From positions 291,028,001 through 291,092,000 of the forward strand of contig OZ024743.1 of the NCBI GenBank assembly GCA_964016885.1: 64,000 nt of DNA, in the 5' to 3' direction. The notes beneath the pieces were generated by a model. It searched no databases and had not been told where the DNA came from. It saw nothing but the letters and a program-made list of their open reading frames with translations. Numbering within the stretch: the stretch's first letter is position 1; every line of letters starts with the position of its first letter. A program made the translations under genes and the position numbers. This document shows, piece by piece, positions 53,367 to 64,000 of this stretch. Source of the DNA: Eledone cirrhosa (Eukaryota).

Positions 53367-54582
53367 CATATCAATTAGATATAATAATTCGATTTATACC
53401 AAAAATGTGCAACTGCCCTCAGTAATAGCATCTGTCAATTTATACTTTCCTGAACACGTTCAATGTCGCCAGTGCTTCAAAGTGCATGTCCTATGCATGA
53501 TACTCTTTACTTTTCATCGCAAATGAATAGATTCGATAATTACGCCAAAAATCAAAAATAGGAAATGTCAAAGATTTATTCGACTTTTAGAGATCAGCAT
53601 TTCCATGTTCAATGTATTTTATGATGATTTGAAATATCGAGTTTTTTTTCTATACTTTTGGTATATTATATTTTTCTTTCTGCTGAGAAAAATAAATATT
53701 TAATCATGATTTGAGTTATTAAACGTCTAAAAAGTTTATTTTACATATTATACGCATCTATTTAAATAGGATACACAAAACTTTGAAAAACAAATTTCAT
53801 AGGCATTGCCTCCTAATCGTTAATAAAGAGTACATTGCTCAATATTTTCCATGTAACATTGTTCATTTCCTTCACCTACTATCTGAAACCATTTATTTTA
53901 CAATCCAAGAAGTTAATTCCTAGATTTCACTAATTAAAATAGTTCCTTCTAGAAACTGAATTAATTATAATGTCTATATTCACGTTAGAGAATTAATTAA
54001 ACATTTAATGCAAATATAACCAGAATTATATTTTATCTCATAATATTTATAAAATTTCAGTTTTCTATTTCATGTACACTAAAATAATCGTGCATTTAAA
54101 AACAGTGTGACAATTACTGGTTTTCTGTTTTCTTTATCATTAAAAACTGTTGCATTATACCACTGAAATATATATTACTTCCGAATGACTATAAATAAAA
54201 TCCGGCTAATCTCATATTTTCAGGAGATAATAATTTGCTGATGTTCCCCTCTTTGTCAGTTCCCAATATAAATAATTATACAAGCTCATCTAGGCTTCAC
54301 CTTTAAGAAACACATTAATTGATTTGTGATATTATAAGATGAGATTATGTAGACTTTTAGAAATATTTCCCTGAGTTTTAAATGACCACACCTCAGGAAT
54401 TTTCATATACATAAATCACATCCCTAGGTACAATTGGATAGTTTTCAATTTGATTGAAATGTATTTACTAAAATATAGTCCTCATTATATTTTGTTCGGA
54501 TAATCTGTAAAACTACGTTAACAATATGTAATCAATATTTTTTTATGGGAATGACATGTTGGCATTATTAACATAAATAAAT

Positions 54583-54889
54583 TCCGCCGAGGTTAACTTT
54601 GCCTTTCATCCTTACGGGGTCGATAAATTAAAGTACCAGTAATGCACTGGGTAATTGCTGGCCTTGTGACAAAAGTAGAAACAATTATTAACATAAATAA
54701 AGGGCCGTGGATTGGCAGTATTGGTAGAGGGTCGGACGCCATCCTTTGACGTATAGTGTTACGGCCCTTGCCATTCAGAGTTCAAATCCCGCCATGGTTA
54801 ACTTTGCCTTTCATCCTTACGGGGTCGATAAAATAAAGTACCAGTAATGCACTTGGTAATTGCTGGCCTAACGTAGAAACAATTATTAA
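54583..54889 (+). mobile_element. Two tandem SINEs (truncated 54583-54689, full 54701-54889)
   Basis: SINE body occurs twice. TTATTAACATAAATA occurs before, between and after the two copies. Confidence 0.88.
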
Positions 54890-55069
54890 CATAAATATTA
54901 CATTTTTAGTATCTATCTCAAGGTAATTAAATTACTAATCTAACGCCACGTGAACAATGATCACTAAAAAGAAGACATATTGCTGAACAGCTTTTGAATG
55001 AATAACTGCTTATTGTAAAATCGGCAAGATATCACTAATTACAAACATACATATAGGAACACACATATA

Positions 55070-56279
55070 CAGGGTACGGACGGTATTTGAGGACATATAT
55101 ATGGTTATATAACAGAAAAAACTGTATTCTTCTAAAAATAACATATATATAAAGCTAAATTATCAATTTAATAACGTCATTCAATAAAACCACCATAAGC
55201 ATCAATAACTGCCTCTACACAGGGTCGACATATTTTGCAAGCTCGGATTAACTGGTCCTTGTTCATATCAGACCTGACTCGAATTATGGCGGCTTTCAAA
55301 TCATCTTTGGTGTTATGGTGGTGTTCATTGACATTTTTCTAAACGATGCTCCATACATAGTAGCTCAGTGGATTGAAGTTTGGAGAATTAGGAGGCCAAA
55401 TGTTGGGGGTGATATGATCATTGTCGGCGATCCATTCTTGTGTCATTTGAGCCTTGTGTGATGGTGCAAAATCTTGTTGAAAGACATAAGTCCTTCCATT
55501 TTATACACTGTTGATCCAAGGCTTAACATCTTTATCTAGAACCTCAATGTATGCAGCAGCATTCACCCTAAGGCCTTGTGGAAACATTTGAGCAGGCGTC
55601 ACATGTCCTTCATTGCTAACAACATCCAAATCCATGACACTTGCAGGAAATGTTGTGGGCATTAGTCTTGGAACCTCAGAATGGTCTGCGCATAGCCACT
55701 TGTCATTTCTTCTGTTAGTTTTGTGGTCCTGGTCAAAGTTTTTCTCATCTGAGAAAAACCAAATCATACCATCTTCTGATGGATTTGTAAGTTTGTTTAA
55801 ATGTATTTTTGATCTGATTAAATTGTTTTTTCTGACATGAATCGACCTCTCCTCATCACGAAAGATGTCTTCATGCACAACTTTTCTGATTGATTTTTCT
55901 GACACACCAACGTATTTTGCAATTGACCTCATTGATTTTCCTGGATATTCATCAATGTTTTGATTAAGTTGCTGTATAAATTCAGGTGTCTTGATAGAAT
56001 CAGAGCGTTTGGAATGTTTTTTACGTTTTGATACAGATAATACGCTTCCATCTTATTTCTCTAACTCACAACGAATCTTGTGGATAAAAGATCTTGCAAC
56101 TGTCAGAACACGCGAAATTGTTATATCACCATGCTTAGCCTTCAAAAACCACAATCACAGCATGCCTTTTCATTTCATTAGTAAGCATAGTTATTTTCTG
56201 AAATGGAAGTTCAATAAAAATTAGTCAAATAAAATAATGACTAAAAATACATGTGTCCTCAAATACAGTCCGCACCCTG
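55070..56279 (-). mobile_element. Tc1/mariner transposon of maT (DD37D) type, with defective transposase
   Basis: Terminal inverted repeats CAGGGTRCGGACKGTATTTGAGGACA with TA duplications at 55068-69 and 56280-81. Motifs FSDEK, FQQDFAPSH and WPPNSPNFNPLSYYVW (third Asp lost), with frameshifts. Confidence 0.92.
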
Positions 56280-57183
56280 TATATGTATGCACATATACTT
56301 CTAGTCACACATAGACACATGAAGTCTACAGAGTTATCCTATATAGCTCAACAAAGTATAAAAAGCTGCGGCAACAATAGGCTATTCTTTGTAAACTGAA
56401 TTGCTATATATTTTTCGAACCGAACCTTATCAGTTGAAAACAGAAAAACAAGATTGAGCATAAACCTAAAAGTAGGATGGTTAAATGATTTACACCAAAT
56501 GTATTTCAAAGTATTGTATTGCAATTCCTACTTTGAAAAGTACATGGAAAATGCAATATCATTATCGATCAGAGCATAGAAGGCTAAACAGAAAACTATA
56601 ATTTCCAACTAGCACTGTTTACATGTATATGCATGTTGAATTGATATTAATTTGTCAAAAGTCAATCCACTATTCTAACCAGGTGAGATATGTGCCTGCT
56701 CCATTACAGTTTACAAAACTCAGAGCTATTTTTTATATAAATCTTTGGAAAATGTAAAGAAGTATTATCATTGCATGTTTTCTAGTTTGATTAAAACTAA
56801 TATAATGGAATATATATTACACAATCGAGCATATATTCCACTGCGAGAAACCAGATGCCTCATCATCTCATTATTTGTATATTTACATGTAAATATTTTA
56901 CTCATCATTCCAATGTTTGTTTAACAAAGATATTATATAATAGCGTAAAGCATGGGGGAAAACGCATGATATCAACTTCAAAATCCAGGCATGATCCTCC
57001 AATAAAACGTGACTCATTTCACATAACATTACAACACCGCTATATATAATCAGTTATGTTATCTGTCGTCAATATAATCAGAAGTATGTGAACAGAGAGT
57101 TCGATACAGTAAAATTAAAATGATCCCTTGACAAATGCCTTGAGTAACGAATATAAACCCACGCGAACACAAACACACACACC

Positions 57184-58245
<1,062 letters not shown>

Positions 58246-58259
58246 ATATATATATATAC

Positions 58260-58343
<84 letters not shown>

Positions 58344-58683
58344 ATGTGTGTGTGTGTGTGGGGGGGGGTGTATGTGTGTGTGTCTATGCACAAATGTATG
58401 TTTGGGCATGTGTGTGTTTAAGTGTATATTAAGATAGTACATGTATGTCTGTATATATTGAGGGGTGTCGCTGTGATATTACATGAATATATTACATGCA
58501 GATTAATCAAAAATCACATAGCTTTAAACTAAAACAAATACAATAATGGAAAAGGAAATTAATATTTTAAACCGCAATGCATATCTACGAATAAACATAT
58601 ATATGTATATGCATAATCTCGAAATTATAAATGAAACCATACATCCATCTCCGGGCATGTGTAGTTGTTTTCTATGAATGTAT

Positions 58684-58748
<65 letters not shown>

Positions 58749-59924
58749 AACAAACACTTTTTATATGTTATTCATTGACAGTAATTATATTGAAATCATA
58801 TGCAAAATATATTCAAATTCGATGCAAATTAAATGCGAAGCACTATATTTTATGATTTTCATGTGAGCTTACAACGATATAATTGTGTTGATGTTAAGCT
58901 TCCAAATACCTCTAGAGATTTGATCTGTTGTATTTTGCTGAAAGACATTATAACGAAAAGTAATAAGTCTTGCTCAGAAACATTTAACGCAATGCTAGCA
59001 GATAAACAGATCGAACAATTTATTTTGTCCCAAAAACTGCCGGAGTGCTTGCTACAGAAACCTTTCTAGCATTTACTTTGTTTCTTTTCTTTAAACTATT
59101 ATGCTAACACATTCCTCCTGTTTATATTGTTTGAAATTTAAACTTGTTATTTTTCGATTCTCCGTCGCTGTTCATTGGGGGAAATTAACGCATAATTACA
59201 GGCCTAGCACTTTAGAAATAAATACGTAGGACAAAGGTACGAAGTTTGTCAATTAATGCATTGTTATTAATATTAGTTAATGTCATTACTGAATCAGTAA
59301 TACTATCGTCACTATTCCTTCTGAGTGTATAAGCAGTTTGAGATTTGTATTCCTTTAAATTTTGATTATTATAAAGTTTTTGTGTGTTCTATTGTATTAA
59401 GCTCAATCAACCTAATACAAGCGCAGTCCTCAATTGTGTTATTTTCTGAGTTGTATTTACATATCTATGTCCTATAATTTTCTATATGTTGGCTGCATAT
59501 GCATTACACATTCGAATAGCTCCTGCTATTTTAAGCAGGGCTTTTTTCTCCAAGCATACAGTTGTGGTCATGTCTATTTCCAGATTTTGATTTTGATTTC
59601 TTTCCCCAGGTAAAATATATTCTGCGGGTCCGACACTTCATGCATAAGTCAAAACATATATCAAAGTTAATTTGAAATAAAAGAGTATCCAATTGATTAT
59701 CACAGAATTTCTGACCGTGATAATTTTCATGTTGATAATTATGGTCTCTTTGGCATTGGCTGATGTTTTCTATCGGTATTTCATAATTCAAGAATAATGT
59801 CAAAGTTCAGAAGCCTTGAACTCTGCTTTAGACACTTGATTAATTATTTTGACCGAATCTACATATACAAGTCTGTCATTTACTTTAATCTGCTTCAATA
59901 TGTTTATTATGTAATTCCTGCGTG

Positions 59925-60060
59925 GGTAGAGCTGTCAGAATGTCGGATTAAAGGTATGGTAGATTTTAGTCTAGTACTCCGCATTCTGAGATCAAATCTC
60001 TCTAGAGTAAATGTTGCCATTTATCCTGCGCAGTCAAAGGTGGTGAATTTGTGGTATTGG
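59925..60060 (+). mobile_element. Old degenerate SINE
   Basis: CATTCTGAGATCAAATCTC...GCCATTTATCCT resembles the SINE B-box region. Confidence 0.4.
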
Positions 60061-61533
60061 TAGAGCTTCCGAGAAGTTGCGCTGTGGCATCTATTTTATA
60101 ATCTAGAAGTCACTAGCATCTACTAGTGGAAACGTCTATTGCTCCTTGCCATTCTGTCTGCTGAAATTTATACTGGATCCATCGTCTCATGGTGTTTTTT
60201 TCTAGCCGTAAATCAATCATCTCAAGAGATATATAAAAGTTTGTCGCGTTAAACTTCCGTTTAAGGCTTTATATTCAGACTATAATCAAGGGACTATCGC
60301 TAAGATATTTCAGTGTTAGGCTTCAAAACTAGTGTTTTTTTATGTATCTACTTCTTTATTGCCAAATTAGGGGCTATTTGTAACAGTCATCGATTCAACA
60401 TTACTTATTGCAGCGGTATTTTCTTGAATGTCTATATTTTAGCACAATTTCTGTACTTCATATCCTTTTCTTCACAGAGGTGTTTATTACTTACGCCTTT
60501 TTTATGTTTTTCCGTTGTTAATGTGAATGTGTTCGCCTTTGCTCGTATCGTGTAGATTTACACCTAAGCCTTCCATTGCAGTCATTTTATATTTCGCCAT
60601 ACGTGCTAAGTTTCTAAGTGTCCAGTAGAGAATAATATATCACTGCTTGAGTGGAAGATTATAATTATTGTCTAATTATTTTTATATTTTTGTTCTCGCC
60701 ATTTATCTTACGCATGCTCCAGCTTTGACAGTGTTTTATCTTTTTTACATTTGTAAATATTATAGTGAATGATCATATTATTTCCTACATGAATGATGGA
60801 CTCATTCAAAATTAGTGATGTAATTATTTATCTTTAAGATGGTATGAGTGCGGTATTCTTTATCTTCGTGAACAAATTTTATGCCATTTAGTAAGTAATT
60901 GTTTGAGCGTTTGTGACACTGCTGCTTTTAGGTTTTGTAAGCTGCAATCACAATATATTCCTCTATAGTTATGATAGTGTGGTGTCACATTGTGTTGTGC
61001 GTTAAACAGATTTTTATTGGGGCATTGTTTCTTGGATTAATACATGATATGTTTTTTCGAAAATATTGTAATTCAACCAATTTTGGTTTCTTTTAATAAT
61101 CTAGTACCATTTTAATAATCTAGTACCAATTGCGATGATGGATCATCATATGTTTGACTATTAACGGTTTTAAACACACAATTAAGATGCTGTACCTTTT
61201 TATTGACATTTAGTTGCTAATAATGTCCCTCCGATGCGCGTCCAAACAAGTATTCTGATGCAATCAAGTCATGACCATTCTAGTAAATAATGAAACACAT
61301 GTAGAGTCAATAATTAAATCTCTATATCGTCTATACCTTTTAGACTTAAACAAAACAATATCTTTCAGCTTGCATATCATCCTTATAGTATTACACGAAG
61401 CATTGCATAATGTTGCTATACATGACATTATCCTAAATGTCAAATATTACAGTACCGGCTGAACTGCTTTTTCTCCTGGATTTAAAAGATAGGTAACACA
61501 AACATATCAAATAATCAGAGAAATGAAAAAACA

Positions 61534-61567
<34 letters not shown>

Positions 61568-61854
61568 ACAATCATACACACCCGTGTATATTTATCTATC
61601 TATCTATATATATATATATAAAATCTAGCTGTCGTCTGTTCTACAGTGTGGATGTAATTCACTTCGAGCAGAAGTTTTGTTCAAATTTATTGCGGAAATT
61701 TTGTAAGTTCAAATTTAATTTTGATACTATTGTGTAGCTTGACCCCCCGTCTGAACTGTCAGGCGGTGGGTCAGCTCATCTTTACCCCTCCTAGAGGTGA
61801 AAAAAATGTTTTTAAAAATTTTGTGGCAAAAAAAATTTCAATCGTCTGACAGAA

Positions 61855-63759
61855 ATGTTAAACGAAGCGAACGAAAATAGTGGTGGGGGGACAGCGGTAA
61901 GAGTTGTAAGCTCGCACGCTTTAGTCACCCCTTCCTTCCCAACTAACGTCATAGAGAAGGGAGGAAAAAATAAAATAAAAACAGACGAATCTGCGGAGAA
62001 AAATGACGGAAACACAAATCTGGACATGGATTCCAACAACAAAAAAAAAAAATTGAAAAATAGCATGACAATATTAATACAACAAACAAAGACACAACTA
62101 ACACAAAAATAACATTTGAAAACAACATCATAACAGAAAGAACAGCAGACGACAAAGTCAACAAGATTTCATTTGCACAAACAACAAAGAAATCTTTGAC
62201 ATATATACCTGAAAATATTTCAGATGTGGCACGAAGAATCACAGACGCCAAACAATACATAAGTGAAGGAGAGAATGGTATTTTATCGGTAAAAATGCCT
62301 CAAGAACTCACCAAAGACATTAAAAGTCGAACGGTCGTGTTCCGCACCATCAACAACACTTCAAAAACACCTGAACAGCCAACTCAAGCAGATATCAAAA
62401 CAGTACTCACAGAAGTACTTAATGAAACCACTTTCATAAGAAAAGGCAGACTGTATGGAAGCCTAGCAATTATTATGAAGAACGAATCGGCGGCAAAAAA
62501 ATGTGCTTTGTCACCGATTCGTTCGAAAAATGTTAACTTTTATCCATCTTATATGGGTAAAAGAACTCAACGCATATGGCTGGATGCAATGATGCCAGAT
62601 GTGGAATACTGCTGGCTCATAGCTGGCTTCATCGATCCAGTGAATGACAACGTGATTTCCATTGGGAAAACCACAGGCAATGCGTTCAGTGGAACAGGTA
62701 TAGAGCTGGTAGTGCAAATGAAGCCTGAACGCATCGTCCAAATACCCGACAGAATCCTATTAGAGGGCCACGGGTATATAAACGTTAGCGTGGAGGGAAG
62801 AAGGCCGTCCTGTCATATCTGTGCAGGCAGAGGGCACCTGAAGGCCGCTTGTCCCCAACTCTTAAAAAAAAAGAAAACCCTGCTACCAACACCAGCTCCA
62901 CCACCACCACAACATATAAACAAACAACAAAACTAAGTCCCACCCAACCCGTCCCTCAGTAAAACTACACCACCACTACAACACAAACACTCACAACACA
63001 TTACCCCAAAACAAAATATAGGCCCACCCAACCCCTCACTCAATAAAACAACACAACCACCGCAGACACAACACACAACACAGTCTAACATAGTGACATC
63101 CATCTCCCCCACAAAGAAAACCAACACGGAAACATTACCAGCAAACATACCTCTTCCCTCCAACACTGAAGATGACCCAACGAATTCGGAGGAAGTAACG
63201 GAGTCCTTCAGACAGATTAAAAGGAAAAAAAGAAAACATGTGCAAAACACGCAAGGCCGAATAAACCCCCACCCAAATGTCAACACAATCCAACAAAACA
63301 GAAAACACCCCTCCAGCAACAAAGAAAACCAAACCTGCCCCTCCCCTCTTCGAAACACTCACACCATCCGAAAAAAAGACATTACACTATACTTACATCA
63401 ACAGAAACAATAATAAATTAAATGAACTCATATACAATAATCCTTCGGTACAAACCGAAGGTGTAAACTTTGTTTCTTCAGAAAACTACCCTCATTTAAA
63501 ATTAATAAAGATCCCAATGAACCTCTACCAAAAACTAAAAAAGGATTTTAAGGAGGACGTAGGACCACCCTCTCTCAAACCCATAAACCGCGTCCTACTA
63601 AAAAGCTTTCCCCTTCCCCTTCCCCTCCCCAACACAACTCCAAACACCCCAACCCCACCACACACTGACGACCCCACACCACCACAATACACCCCTTCAC
63701 CCAACACCCCCGACCCCATGGAAGTCGTGCGACTCGAACCCCGGGAAGCGGAAAGGTAG
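61855..63759 (+). pseudogene. LINE ORF1 (gag-like), split into several frames
   Basis: Zn knuckle CHICAGRGHLKAAC in 62196..62936 and a Pro/Thr-rich tail. Frame breaks lie near A-runs (62041-62052, 62864-62872). Confidence 0.75.
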
Positions 63760-63792
63760 GTCTCTACACTCTCCTTTGGCTCTGCCGCCCAC

Positions 63793-64000
63793 ATGGATGT
63801 GTTAAGAGTAGGATGTTTGAATGCACGTGGCCTGAGCTCAACTTGGAAGCAAGCTAAGCTTCTAAATGACCTCAGGTCACGTGGTATAAATGTAATGGTT
63901 ATCATTGAGACTCGGATCAGCGTCGTGCGGCAGCTGGCCCCTACCTTCAATGACTTTAAGGTGCATGCATCTCTCTGTCAACCTGGAGGTGGGGGTGGGG
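63793..64000 (+). CDS. LINE ORF2 N-terminus (APE endonuclease), partial
   Basis: MDVLRVGCLNARGLSSTWKQAKLLNDLRSRGINVMVIIETR contains the APE NxRGL and ET motifs. Open to the window end. Confidence 0.85.
   Translation, partial: MDVLRVGCLNARGLSSTWKQAKLLNDLRSRGINVMVIIETRISVVRQLAPTFNDFKVHASLCQPGGGGG

Larger units (their letters stand above)
61740..64000 (+). mobile_element. 5' part of a Tx1/L1-like LINE, running off the window
   Basis: ORF1 with a CCHC knuckle, followed by the start of an APE-type ORF2. Confidence 0.85.

Overview
AT-rich eukaryotic repeat DNA dominated by (TA)n/(CA)n/(GA)n microsatellites. It is probably an octopod cephalopod, inferred only from a recurring tRNA-derived SINE. 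No host gene is confidently identified. The window is mostly transposable elements: at least three coding families of Penelope-like retroelements (PLEs; RT plus C-terminal GIY-YIG endonuclease), RTE, Tx1/L1-like and R4/Dong-like LINE pieces, SINEs, a maT/DD37D-type mariner and a non-autonomous Helitron. The main signal is about 20 insertions, from about 10 unrelated sequence families, that sit in (TA)n tracts as 3'-ends-outward fold-backs. Usually one arm carries a family-specific 3' tail and the other stops at a fixed internal point abutting (TA)n. Many carry type I hammerhead-ribozyme folds; three have intact cores (20071-20125, 28204-28261, 29049-29093) and others are core variants. The largest (11507-17151) encodes a 5'-truncated 1118-aa PLE protein with an in-frame ~160-aa Asn-rich insert. 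Family letters are my own labels. Alignments and folds were done by eye, so boundaries are approximate.
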